DNA of 27,447 bases from Candidatus Hydrogenedentota bacterium (lineage in GTDB: Bacteria > Hydrogenedentota > Hydrogenedentia > Hydrogenedentales > JAEUWI01): positions 1 to 27,447 of the forward strand of contig JAXMOL010000074.1 in assembly GCA_034669905.1 (NCBI GenBank), read 5' to 3'. Positions 16,404 through 25,183 of the stretch are shown piece after piece. Position numbers and translations under genes: made by a program. How positions within the stretch are numbered: the first letter of the stretch is position 1; each line of letters starts with the position of its first letter. A model generated the notes under the pieces. It had not been told where the DNA came from. It saw only the letters and a program-made list of their open reading frames with translations, and searched no databases.

Positions 16404-17792
16404 CTACTTTCGGGCCGGATAGGTGTCGGGTAGAATCTGGACGCCCGTGGTGAAGACAAAGGGAAACTGAAAATCGGGATTCTCAAAGGTGAGCTCAATC
16501 ATGAAGGCAGTGTACCCCGATTCGGGGAGCGTTGGCAGGGCATGGTAGGTGCCATCCGTGCTGGACAATTCGGTGCTGGTCCAGGCGGCACCAATTTCTT
16601 CCAATCGGAAATCGCGGGCCTTCGGGTTGTGGGCCTGCCATAGCAGCACCTTTTCCGGCTTCGTCGTACAGTGGACCGCAAGGCTCCCATCGGCATTCGC
16701 TTTCCAGTCAAAGACGGGACGGGGCGTGTCGTTCAGAAGGGCGTGATAGAAGGACGCCAGATTGGTATAGACACCGAGATTCAGCCCGTGATCCGTGTTC
16801 GGCGTGTAGCGCAGATATTTTTCTCCCTTGAGATCGTCGAAATAAAACTTCGAGGAGTCCGGCGGAAAAAACTGGTCGCCTGTTGAGTTGACGATATACT
16901 TCGGCATGGTGAGGCGGTCGACATAGCTGTAAGGGTCCACAATGTTGAGGAGGGCTTTCATCCGCGGGGTGTGGATACGCCCGGTAATGTTGGTTTCCTC
17001 GTACTCACTGACGGCAGGGGCCCAGAATCCGTAGGCGTTGTGGTGGTTGTCGAGGGAGGGTACGAAGTTGAGGACATCGATAACGGCGGGCGCGATGCCG
17101 ATAACCCGCTGGTCCACGGCGGCCGTGGTCCAGGTGGTCCAGCCCCGTTTCGATGCGCCGACAACGAAGAACTCTTTCACATCGGGTTGCTCTTTCTGCA
17201 CCAGATCCATGGCCCGGACCACGGCCTTCGTCATGGGAAGGCGGGCGAGCCATTCTGCACGGCCGCCCGTCAGAAACTGGTCCCACCCAAAAGCGATCAG
17301 GGCGTCTTCCTTTCGGCCGGATTTCGTATAGGGCGCCATGTTTTCTCCGGCGAAGTGGAGGGGTTGATTCGGGATCTGCTTGATTTCGACCACCACCGAC
17401 TTGGTCATCAGCGCGATTTGCGTCATGGCCCCGTTGGGCGTGGGAGCGCTGCCCCCATTGCCGCCGCCGCTGATAAAGAGCATGGCCGGCTTGAATGCGC
17501 GCTCGGCGGGGACGTGGATGGTCACCCAGTGTTCCCAGAGCGGGCGATCCACCTCGGCCTTCGTGAGCCACTCCTGGGAGACGAGGTGATAGACTTTGGC
17601 CTCGTGGGTCTTCTTAGTGACCGTGGCCTGGGGGTGCAGTTCATAACGGAAAACCGGGTCGGGCGTGTTTACATAGTCATCGAGCGGAGTGGCAGCGCCG
17701 GGAAGGGCGACGAGAAGCGCCACGACCAGAAGCAGGGTACACCCGGCAAGGTGTCTGAGCGCGGTGGTAGGGAATAGAGAATGAGAAGTCAT
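16404..17792 (-). CDS. pqaA: PhoPQ-activated pathogenicity-related (PqaA) family secreted alpha/beta hydrolase
   Basis: TPLDDYV, WEHWV, IPNQP, LPMTKAVVRAMD, GASKRGWTTW, VDPYSY, GDQFFPPD, PNTDH. Start reassigned to MTSHSLF (17792). Confidence 0.88.
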   Translation of the reverse strand: MTSHSLFPTTALRHLAGCTLLLVVALLVALPGAATPLDDYVNTPDPVFRYELHPQATVTKKTHEAKVYHLVSQEWLTKAEVDRPLWEHWVTIHVPAERAFKPAMLFISGGGNGGSAPTPNGAMTQIALMTKSVVVEIKQIPNQPLHFAGENMAPYTKSGRKEDALIAFGWDQFLTGGRAEWLARLPMTKAVVRAMDLVQKEQPDVKEFFVVGASKRGWTTWTTAAVDQRVIGIAPAVIDVLNFVPSLDNHHNAYGFWAPAVSEYEETNITGRIHTPRMKALLNIVDPYSYVDRLTMPKYIVNSTGDQFFPPDSSKFYFDDLKGEKYLRYTPNTDHGLNLGVYTNLASFYHALLNDTPRPVFDWKANADGSLAVHCTTKPEKVLLWQAHNPKARDFRLEEIGAAWTSTELSSTDGTYHALPTLPESGYTAFMIELTFENPDFQFPFVFTTGVQILPDTYPARK

Positions 17793-17947
17793 GTTGGCGG
17801 TTCCGGTGCTTGATGGTTGAGGTAGGGGATTTTGCTTCACGTCGGGTAGGATACCGATTGTTCCTAACTGAGACCGGGGCGGCAGTCCACCGGTTTCCCT
17901 GCGGTGCGCCACGGTCGCACCGGTCCATGACGGAGAGGTGATTTCAA

Positions 17948-18937
17948 GTGATACGACTGAGTGCCTGGTGTGTGCAGGGCTTCGTGGTCTGGGTGGTGTT
18001 GTTTTCCGGGCTGGCCTGGTTTTTTCCGGTGCCCTTTCAGGTATTGAAGCCCGGAATCGTGCCCGGTCTCGGGATCATCATGTTTGGCATGGGCATGAGC
18101 CTTCTGCCGGCCGATTTTGCGCGGGTGGTCACCCAGCCCCGGGCCGTGGCCTGTGGACTCTTCGGTCAATTTCTCCTCATGCCCTTCATCGCGTGGGGGA
18201 TTGCGCGGACCGTTGGCTTGCCGCCGGAAGTGCAATTGGGGTTTATTATCCTTGGCTGTTGTCCCGGTGGTACCGCATCCAATGTCATCGTTTACCTGGC
18301 CCGGGGAAACGTGGCCCTTTCGGTCACCATGACCGCCTGCTCCACCGTGGCCGCCGTAGTCCTGACGCCCCTGTTGATTCAGCTGCTGGGAAGCCGTGTC
18401 GTGCCGGTTGATGCCTGGGCCCTGTTCCGGAGTGTGGTGACGATCGTGTTGGTGCCGGTCAGCGCGGGCCTGGTGGCGCACGTGCTGCTCGGGAAGCGTG
18501 CGGCCCGTTTTAACGCGGTATTTCCCGCGGTGTCGGTGGTCATTATCGTGTTGATTATTGCCGCGGTGTCGGTGGTCATTATCGTGTTGATTATTGCCGC
18601 GGTGGTGGGCTTGTCGCACAACGTGCTGCCCCAGATAGGGCTGGCCTTGGGTGGGGCGGTTGTGCTGCACAACGTCCTTGGACTCGGAATGGGCTACGTG
18701 CTCGCGTGGGCGACGGGCCTTTCGCCGGAAGATCGGCGTACAGTGGCCATCGAAGTGGGGATGCAGAACAGCGGCCTGGGAGTGGCCCTGGCGAGCCAAC
18801 ACTTTTCGCCCCTGGCGGCACTACCCGCGAGTGTATTCAGCGTGGTCCACAACCTGACGGGCTCGCTTGTTGCGAGCTATGTGCGTCAGACAGACAGGGT
18901 GTCAGAGCGGGAAAGCACTTCTCAGGCGGGGGATTGA
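17948..18937 (+). CDS. Bile acid:sodium symporter (BASS/SBF) family transporter
   Basis: LGIIMFGMGMSL, QFLLMP, GCCPGGTASNV, GNVALSVTMT, IEVGMQNSGL, FSVVHN; RBS GGAGAGG. Confidence 0.95.
   Translation: MIRLSAWCVQGFVVWVVLFSGLAWFFPVPFQVLKPGIVPGLGIIMFGMGMSLLPADFARVVTQPRAVACGLFGQFLLMPFIAWGIARTVGLPPEVQLGFIILGCCPGGTASNVIVYLARGNVALSVTMTACSTVAAVVLTPLLIQLLGSRVVPVDAWALFRSVVTIVLVPVSAGLVAHVLLGKRAARFNAVFPAVSVVIIVLIIAAVSVVIIVLIIAAVVGLSHNVLPQIGLALGGAVVLHNVLGLGMGYVLAWATGLSPEDRRTVAIEVGMQNSGLGVALASQHFSPLAALPASVFSVVHNLTGSLVASYVRQTDRVSERESTSQAGD
18525..18604 (+). repeat. Perfect 36-bp in-frame tandem duplication inside the BASS gene
   Basis: CCGCGGTGTCGGTGGTCATTATCGTGTTGATTATTG at 18525-18560 and 18561-18596, followed by a third CCGCGGTG (18597-18604). 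Confidence 0.97.
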
Positions 18938-18964
18938 TAGTCCTGACCGAGCTGCTTCCGCCGA

Positions 18965-19687
18965 CTACTCTACAGACTTTTCGACTTCAGCCGCTTCGGA
19001 AGCTTCTGCTGCTTCGGGCGCTACTGCTACTTCGGTGGCTTCAACCGCTTCGGGCGCTTCTGCTGCTTCTACCGCTTCGGTGGCTTCTACCGCCTCAGTG
19101 GCTTCTACTGCTTCAGTGGCTTCTGCTGCTTCGGTGGCTTCTACCGCTTCGGACGCTTCTGCTGCTTCGGGCGCTTCTGCTGCTTCGGGCGCTTCTACTG
19201 CTTCAGTGGCTTCTACCGCTTCAGAGGCTTCTACCGCTTCAGAGGCTTCTACCGCTTCAGAGGCTTCTACCGCTTCAGTGGCTTCTACCGCTTCGGAGGC
19301 TTCTACCGCTTCGGAGGCTTCTGCTGCTTCGGAGGCTTCTGCTGCTTCGGAGGCCGCGTCTTTTTCTGCTCCGGGTACCGGGAGGTCATAGACGGGACGA
19401 TACCGCCGAACGACCTTGGGGGGCTGGGCTTCCAGTGCGGGCTCCCAGTCTTCCCGCGTTTCTTCGAGATAGCTCTGGAGATATACGCGGGCGGTCACGA
19501 TATGGTACTGATTGGTCGCTTCGAAGGTGCTCTTCCAGTTGCCCTGATTGAGGACCCCATAGAGCTGACCACGCTCTTCCAGAAAGCGCTCGAGCCCGAG
19601 TTCGGGGTCGGCGGTGCCGTAGGAACGAAGGAATTCTTCGGGAGAAATCTCACCGACAAGGGTTTGCCAATAATCATGATTTGTCAT
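18965..19687 (-). CDS. Hypothetical protein: ~110-aa globular N-terminus plus ~124-aa acidic (EAx)n tail
   Basis: The ORF fills the gap between BASS and the ferredoxin; natural-looking N-terminal domain; repeat variation is mostly synonymous or conservative in this frame. Confidence 0.8.
   Translation of the reverse strand: MTNHDYWQTLVGEISPEEFLRSYGTADPELGLERFLEERGQLYGVLNQGNWKSTFEATNQYHIVTARVYLQSYLEETREDWEPALEAQPPKVVRRYRPVYDLPVPGAEKDAASEAAEASEAAEASEAVEASEAVEATEAVEASEAVEASEAVEASEAVEATEAVEAPEAAEAPEAAEASEAVEATEAAEATEAVEATEAVEATEAVEAAEAPEAVEATEVAVAPEAAEASEAAEVEKSVE
18986..19357 (-). repeat. 9/18-nt coding tandem repeat encoding EA[V/A]EA[S/T/P]
   Basis: Visible gcttctaccgcttcagag / gcttctgctgcttcgg units across 372 nt. 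Confidence 0.95.
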
Positions 19688-19693
19688 GGCAGC

Positions 19694-19702
19694 ATTCTAT
19701 CA
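19694..19702 (-). promoter_or_regulatory. Extended -10 (TGATAGAAT) 6 nt upstream of the ATG; probable leaderless promoter
   Basis: Minus strand reads TGATAGAAT-GCTGCC-ATG, with no SD between the -10 and the start codon. Confidence 0.55.
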
Positions 19703-19772
19703 GAAGGCAACGGCCCGGAAACAGCATAGCAACCCAGAATCTGAGAGGAGGCGCGGTCGGGCTGCTCGTACG

Positions 19773-19781
19773 TGCTAAAAT
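19773..19781 (+). promoter_or_regulatory. Candidate extended -10 (TGCTAAAAT) for the ferredoxin gene
   Basis: TGnTAAAAT 31 nt upstream of ATG 19813. Confidence 0.5.
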
Positions 19782-19812
19782 GAAGTCATCGATGCCACTT
19801 CTGGAGGCTGGA

Positions 19813-20106
19813 ATGAAAGAAAAATCCGTACCGACCGCTCAAAGCATTTTTGTGTGCACCCAGGGCGGCGGTGGAAAGAAATGCCACGGCGGCAAAAAGC
19901 TCTGTGCGCAATTGAAGAAACAGGTGAAGCAGCGGGGCTTACAGGGGCAGGTCCGGGTTTGTTCTTCGGGCTGTATGAACCAGTGCAGCAAAGGGCCCAA
20001 CGTCATGCTTTTTCCCGAGAACACCTGGCTCTGTCGGGTGCGGGAGCGGGACCTCGACGAAATTCTTGACCGCATCGCCGCCGACCCGGTGTGCGAAGAC
20101 GTCTAG
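19813..20106 (+). CDS. Thioredoxin-like [2Fe-2S] ferredoxin
   Basis: IFVCTQGGGGKKC...SSGCMNQCSKGPNVMLFPENTW; GGAGG RBS at 19803-19807 supports ATG 19813. Confidence 0.88.
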   Translation: MKEKSVPTAQSIFVCTQGGGGKKCHGGKKLCAQLKKQVKQRGLQGQVRVCSSGCMNQCSKGPNVMLFPENTWLCRVRERDLDEILDRIAADPVCEDV

Positions 20107-20119
20107 CCGTGTTGGCGCG

Positions 20120-20150
20120 TGTTAACCTTTGGCCCAAAATCTCCGTTCTA
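20120..20150 (+). promoter_or_regulatory. Candidate autoregulatory ECF sigma promoter (TGTTAAC-N17-CGTTCTA)
   Basis: AAC at 20124-20126 and CGT at 20144-20146, 17-nt spacer starting CTTT, directly upstream of an ECF sigma gene. Confidence 0.6.
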
Positions 20151-20178
20151 TGGGTGGAGTCTACGTGGAAGGATAAGT

Positions 20179-20754
20179 TTGGAGTCCTTGGATGATAAGG
20201 CGTTGGCCCTGGCCTTTCAGGCCGGGGACGAGGCGGCGTTTGACGAAATGGTGACCCGTTTTCAGGGTCGTGTGTTCGCCGTGGCCTATCGTGTGCTTGG
20301 AAATCGTGAAGATGCCCTTGATGCGAGCCAGGAAGTCTTTATCAAGGTGCATCGGAAAATCGGGCACTGGAAACCGACTGGTGGCTTCCTGCCGTGGCTA
20401 CTCCGCATGACGAGCAACCACAGCATTGACCAACTGCGTAAGAAAAAGCGTTATCCCGAGCAATCCCTGGAAGAGGCCTTTGTACCCACTTCTGAAGGTG
20501 CCTCGGTGGAACCCACCACTTTGCAAACGGATGTGGTGGTCCGTGGAAACGAAATTGAGGCACGCATTCGCGCGGCCCTGCCGGTATTGTCCCCGTCGCA
20601 GCGGGAAGTGTTCTTGTTGCGTCATTATGAAGGACTTTCCCTGGCCGAAATCGCGGAGAGTATGGGGTGTACGGTGGGAAGCGTAAAGGTTCACCTCTTC
20701 CGTGCTCTGAAAAAATTGCAGGTGGAATTGAGTGACTTGTATGAAACGGTATAG
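20179..20754 (+). CDS. ECF (sigma-70 group 4) RNA polymerase sigma factor
   Basis: GDEAAFDEMV, DALDASQEVF, FLPWLLRMTSNHSID (region 2); LSPSQREVFLLRHYEGLSLAEIA...VGSVKVHLFRA (region 4). Start likely TTG 20179 after GGAAGGA. Confidence 0.95.
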   Translation: MESLDDKALALAFQAGDEAAFDEMVTRFQGRVFAVAYRVLGNREDALDASQEVFIKVHRKIGHWKPTGGFLPWLLRMTSNHSIDQLRKKKRYPEQSLEEAFVPTSEGASVEPTTLQTDVVVRGNEIEARIRAALPVLSPSQREVFLLRHYEGLSLAEIAESMGCTVGSVKVHLFRALKKLQVELSDLYETV

Positions 20755-20807
20755 GTTGGGGGCGGCCGGGACCAAGATGTCCTCTCTGGGGATGGAAAGG
20801 TAGTTGT

Positions 20808-21797
20808 ATGCGTTCTTGTCGGAATATGCAGGGTCTCGTGGCTGCATCGCTGTATGAAACACTCAGCGAATCGGAACAATCGGAGTTGGAGGCGCACCTG
20901 GCACACTGTCCCCGTTGTGCGCAGGAGAAGGAGAATCTGGCGCTATTCGTCGGCGAAATACCCACAACAGCGCCATCCTTTGCGGGCGACCTGCTTCCGT
21001 CGCTTCGAGAAGCACTGCGGGATGAGGCCGTATCCAGGCGGCAGGGACGTTGGACCGTTTTGAGTTTCGTCACCAGTTGCGCGGTTTTTGGGGTGGTAGG
21101 TTTGTATTGGTTTTCAGGGGGGGCGGGCGCGCCGCTTCCGGGCCCGGATCGGAGCCCTGTCAGTCTCGCCCTGGAGGAAGCCGGCCTGTTGAGTAAGTCG
21201 GGTAAAGAGATGGAAGCGCGGCAGGTTCTGGAGAATGCCCTGGCCTATCACGGCGATGGCCCGACTGCCGGCGTGTTATATCTGGAAATGGCCAGTCTGG
21301 AATATGCGGCTTTTCGTCGCTATGAAGAGTCTTATGCTATCTATTCGAAGGTTCGTGACGAGTATGCCGATGTCTGGGCCCAGTGTCATGGGGCGCTGAA
21401 AGATCGCTATGACCTGCTGGCGGAAGCCCGTGATTCCGGTTATGAAGCCCTCTATGCCATCGACGCCGCCCGCAGTTTGGGCGAAGATGGTATTCCCAGA
21501 TTGGAGACCATCATGGCCCGCAATCCCGGCCGTGCTATCGCGGATGAAGCCCTCGAGACCATGGTCGCGGTGATAGAAGATGACGGGGTTACCGGTCTGG
21601 AAACCCTCCGCAGCCGTTTCACCAACCCCGTGGCCGTCGCCCAATTGGACGTCCGTCTGGGTGAGCAGTATTGGCAGGAAGAGAATAACCCGGATCGGGG
21701 TCGGGAGCTGTTGGAGTCGGTGGCCCAGGGTCCCCATGAAGTACCCGCCCGGATGGCCGCGGCCGTGCTGGCCCGCCTGCAGCCGGGAGCAGGATGA
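20808..21797 (+). CDS. Zinc-finger (zf-HC2/ZAS) transmembrane anti-sigma factor with TPR-like extracytoplasmic domain
   Basis: ELEAHLAHCPRC (HxxxCxxC); single TM WTVLSFVTSCAVFGVVGLYWF; helical-repeat C-terminus; directly follows the ECF sigma. Confidence 0.85.
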   Translation: MRSCRNMQGLVAASLYETLSESEQSELEAHLAHCPRCAQEKENLALFVGEIPTTAPSFAGDLLPSLREALRDEAVSRRQGRWTVLSFVTSCAVFGVVGLYWFSGGAGAPLPGPDRSPVSLALEEAGLLSKSGKEMEARQVLENALAYHGDGPTAGVLYLEMASLEYAAFRRYEESYAIYSKVRDEYADVWAQCHGALKDRYDLLAEARDSGYEALYAIDAARSLGEDGIPRLETIMARNPGRAIADEALETMVAVIEDDGVTGLETLRSRFTNPVAVAQLDVRLGEQYWQEENNPDRGRELLESVAQGPHEVPARMAAAVLARLQPGAG

Positions 21798-21831
21798 CGC
21801 CCTGGCAGGGCACCCCGATGAAGCGGGACTT

Positions 21832-21861
21832 TTGTCGCGCTGGCAGAGGCTGTGATAGCAT
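21832..21861 (+). promoter_or_regulatory. Candidate sigma-70 promoter for gspE (TTGTCG-N18-TAGCAT with extended TG)
   Basis: -35-like at 21832-21837; TGATAGCAT at 21853-21861. Confidence 0.45.
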
Positions 21862-21921
21862 GCCCTCAGCGTGTTTCCCGGATTGGACGGGGTATGTAAC
21901 ACGGAAGGGTGGGAGCGGTTC

Positions 21922-23661
21922 GTGGCCGAGTTCAAGGCGTTTGAAAAGCAGTTTCTCCGCGACGGCGTCGTGGAAGAGGACGCGTTGCGTCGGTTGAAAC
22001 GGGAGGTTGGGGCCAATGCTCCCTTCTCAGGGGATCTGTTGATTGCACAGGGGATCGCGGATGCCGAGTCGGTGTATCGTTCCCTGGCCCGATTCTGTGA
22101 ACTCCGCTACGTCACCCTTGGCGAACAACACGTAGCAGACGGGGTGCTGAAGAAGCTTCCCTCCCGATTCGCCACCCATTATCACTGTGTCCCCCTGGAA
22201 GAGCGTCGGGGAACCCTGGTTGTTGCCGTGAGTGACCCGCTGAATTCCCATCTGATGGATGACATGCGGCAGGTACTCCAGCAACGGGTGGAGGCCGTGG
22301 TGGCCACGCCCGATGCCATAAAAGCGGCCATCCGCCAATACTATGGGGTCGGTGCCGACACCATGGAAAAGCTTTCGGCCCAGGGCACGGCCCAGAGCAC
22401 CATCGCCCAGCAGGAAAGCGCTTCTCTCGACGACGAAAATGTGGACGCTTCGATCGTCAAGTTCGTCAATGAGCTGATTCTGGAAGCCGTAAAGTCGGCC
22501 GCCACCGATATCCACATCGAGCCCTTTGAAGACGAGTTGCGGGTTCGTTTCCGCATCGACGGCATGCTGCACGCCGTGCCCACGCCCGCCCGCATGCAGG
22601 GCTTTCAGGCGGCCATGGTGTCCCGCGTGAAGATCATGGCGAATCTGAACATCGCGGAAAAGCGATTGCCCCAGGATGGGAAAATCCTCGCCACCTTCGG
22701 CGCCGAGTCCTACGACCTGCGGGTATCCATCTTGCCCACGCCCTATGGAGAAACGGTGAACCTGCGGGTGCTCACCCGATCCAATGCCTTCTTGACCCTG
22801 CCCCAATTGGGTTTTCGGGATGAAGACCTGGACGTGTTCAACCGGTTTATTGGACGGCCCCATGGGATTCTGCTGGTTACCGGCCCCACGGGCAGCGGGA
22901 AGACCACGACGCTCTACGCGGCATTGAGTCAGCTCAACGACCTGTCGCGTAAAATCATTACCATCGAAGACCCGGTCGAGTATCAGCTCCCGGGGATTAC
23001 CCAGATGCAGGTGCACAGCCAGATTGGCTTCGATTTTGCCCGGGGCCTGCGCTCCGTGTTGCGCCATGATCCCGATATCCTGCTGGTGGGTGAGATCCGC
23101 GATTATGAGACGGCCGAAATGGCGGTACGCTCCAGTCTAACTGGTCATCTGGTACTGAGCACCCTCCACACCAACGATTCCTCGGGGGCCGTAACGCGAC
23201 TCCTGGATATGGGCGTAGAGCCTTTCCTCATCTCCAGCACCCTCATTGCCGCCATCGCACAACGCCTGCTCCGTCAGAATTGTGACCAGTGCGCCGTACC
23301 GACAAGCTACGAAGAGGCCCTGTTGCGCGCCGAGTTTGGTTCCGGGGCCGAGGCCGCTACCGAGGCCACCTTTCGCCAGGGCGCGGGCTGTTCGGCCTGT
23401 CGAAACACGGGCTACCGGGGGCGGTCTGCTATCTATGAGATGCTACCCTTTACGCCGGAGATAAAACACCTGACGGTAGAGCGGGCCAATTCCCTCGAGA
23501 TCAAACAGGTGGCCCTGAAGCAGGGGATGCGCACCCTGCGCCAGGCCGGTTGGTTGCGGGTTTGTGATGGCCGCACCACGGTGGAAGAAGTGTTGCGGGT
23601 GACGGCAGATGCGGATTTATTGCCACCGGAAGAATCTGGCCATGCCTCAATTTCAGTATGA
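21922..23661 (+). CDS. gspE: Type II secretion / type IV pilus assembly ATPase (GspE/PulE/PilB family)
   Basis: ATDIHIEP, RFRIDG, EKRLPQDG, GPTGSGKTTT, TIEDPVEY, LVGEIRD, TGHLVLSTLHTN, CDQC...CSAC, GYRGR. Start likely GTG 21922 after GGGAG (the track uses 21871). Confidence 0.95.
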   Translation: MAEFKAFEKQFLRDGVVEEDALRRLKREVGANAPFSGDLLIAQGIADAESVYRSLARFCELRYVTLGEQHVADGVLKKLPSRFATHYHCVPLEERRGTLVVAVSDPLNSHLMDDMRQVLQQRVEAVVATPDAIKAAIRQYYGVGADTMEKLSAQGTAQSTIAQQESASLDDENVDASIVKFVNELILEAVKSAATDIHIEPFEDELRVRFRIDGMLHAVPTPARMQGFQAAMVSRVKIMANLNIAEKRLPQDGKILATFGAESYDLRVSILPTPYGETVNLRVLTRSNAFLTLPQLGFRDEDLDVFNRFIGRPHGILLVTGPTGSGKTTTLYAALSQLNDLSRKIITIEDPVEYQLPGITQMQVHSQIGFDFARGLRSVLRHDPDILLVGEIRDYETAEMAVRSSLTGHLVLSTLHTNDSSGAVTRLLDMGVEPFLISSTLIAAIAQRLLRQNCDQCAVPTSYEEALLRAEFGSGAEAATEATFRQGAGCSACRNTGYRGRSAIYEMLPFTPEIKHLTVERANSLEIKQVALKQGMRTLRQAGWLRVCDGRTTVEEVLRVTADADLLPPEESGHASISV

Positions 23662-24859
23662 GGTAAAAAGGGGACCGGAAGAAAAGCTGAGCGGCACCTT
23701 GGAAGCCGAGTCCCAGCGGGCGGCTGTGGCGCGTCTGCGCGAGATGGGCTACTTTCCATTGAATGTGGAGCGGGTGGAAGAAGACGGTGGGTCGAAGGCA
23801 CGGCTTACCAAGGTTTTTCAGCGGGTTCGCCTGAGCGAGCGTAATATTTTTTTCCGACAATTGGCCAACCTCACCGAGTCGGGCATGATGCTCACCCGCG
23901 CCCTGCGCACCATTGCGAAACAGGGGGAAAATCCCCAGCTGGTCGCTGTGGTGGACGAGATCCGCGAATCGGTTCAGCAGGGTAATTCACTGGCCGATGC
24001 CCTGGCGGAACATGGACGGCTGTTCCCGCCCCTCTATATCAACCTCGTGCGGGCGGGGGAAACAGGGGGGATGCTCGACGATGTCTTGTGGCGTATTGTC
24101 GCATTCGGCGAGCAAGAGGAATCCCTGCGCGGGAAGTTTGTTACCGCCCTGATTTATCCCATCTTTCTCTCCCTCATCAGTGCCCTCTCCGTGTTCATTC
24201 TGGTCTCCTTCGTGTTTCCGAAATTTATCGGTATCTTCAACGAATTCAACGCGGCGTTACCCCTGCCCACCGTAATTGTCATGGCGGTCTGTAATTTCAT
24301 GGGCACCTGGTGGTGGGCCGTGTTGCTCGGCCTGGCCGCAGGCGGGTGGGGGAGTGTGCGGTGGTTTCGTTCCGAGTCAGGCCGACAACAGTGGGACCGC
24401 TTCGTGCTCCGTGTGCCCGTCGTGCGCACTCTGGTGCAGCGCTATGAGATGGCGAAGTTCGCCCGTACCCTCGGCACCCTGCTCGACAACGGGGTGCCCA
24501 TTCTGACCACCCTGGAAATTACGGCGGACACCATGAGCAACCATGTTATCCGTGAAGAGGTGCGCACCCTCCATGGGTGCGTCACCGCCGGTGGGGCCAT
24601 GAGTGAGGCCCTGGAACAATGCGCACACTTCCCGCCCGTGGTGGTGAGCATGTTTGCCGTGGGAGAAGAAAGTGGCCGAATCGGTGCCGTGACCAATCGC
24701 ATCGCCGACGCCTATGATGTGGAAGTAGACCGGGCGGTGAAGGCGGTGACTGCCCTTTTTGAGCCGCTCCTGATTGTCGTCATGGGAGTGATTATCGGCT
24801 TCCTCGTCATCGCCATGTTACTGCCTATGTTGACCCTGAGTTCCGCCATCGCGGCGTAA
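23642..24859 (+). CDS. gspF: Type II secretion / type IV pilus inner-membrane platform protein (GspF/PilC family)
   Basis: MPQFQYEV start overlapping the gspE end; FFRQLANLTESG, AGETGGML, ALIYP, FARTLGTLLDNGVPIL, VGEESG, LFEPLLI, AMLLPM. Confidence 0.95.
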   Translation: MPQFQYEVKRGPEEKLSGTLEAESQRAAVARLREMGYFPLNVERVEEDGGSKARLTKVFQRVRLSERNIFFRQLANLTESGMMLTRALRTIAKQGENPQLVAVVDEIRESVQQGNSLADALAEHGRLFPPLYINLVRAGETGGMLDDVLWRIVAFGEQEESLRGKFVTALIYPIFLSLISALSVFILVSFVFPKFIGIFNEFNAALPLPTVIVMAVCNFMGTWWWAVLLGLAAGGWGSVRWFRSESGRQQWDRFVLRVPVVRTLVQRYEMAKFARTLGTLLDNGVPILTTLEITADTMSNHVIREEVRTLHGCVTAGGAMSEALEQCAHFPPVVVSMFAVGEESGRIGAVTNRIADAYDVEVDRAVKAVTALFEPLLIVVMGVIIGFLVIAMLLPMLTLSSAIAA

Positions 24860-24960
24860 GCTTTCCACGTGGTGTGAAAGGCGCATTGGTCGTTAGGTTG
24901 GTCGAGCCGTAGAAACAACTTTCATTGACCCGCTCCTCCCCTAACTTACATCGCGGACCC

Positions 24961-25105
24961 TTTGGAGTGCGCAAGCTTGCTTGCGCTGTTTTGGAGTGAG
25001 CTTGCTCACGGCATAGGACGGATTGACGGCGGTTCAAGGAACGTTTAGGGGTGGGGAGCAAGCTCCCCGGGGAAAAGCGGCAGCAAGCTGCCGCACTCCA
25101 GAGCG
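24961..25105. repeat. Inverted pair of REP-like double hairpins (REPIN-like)
   Basis: Plus copy TGGAGT-GCGCAAGC-TT-GCTTGCGC...GTGAGC-TT-GCTCAC (24963-25009); minus copy 25049-25105 nearly identical to 11783-11839. Confidence 0.85.
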
Positions 25106-25183
25106 TCTTGCTTCCCTGCTGAAGTCTCCGGAATCGGGTAATACGTCGATTCTACGCCCGGCATTACGCGCCGATTCCACTGC

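Noticed and set aside
18706..19551. Leu-rich and (ASTAS)n ORFs on the + strand
   Set aside because: Other frames of the same tandem repeat; they overlap the BASS gene and lack a credible start, while the minus frame has a globular domain and a promoter.
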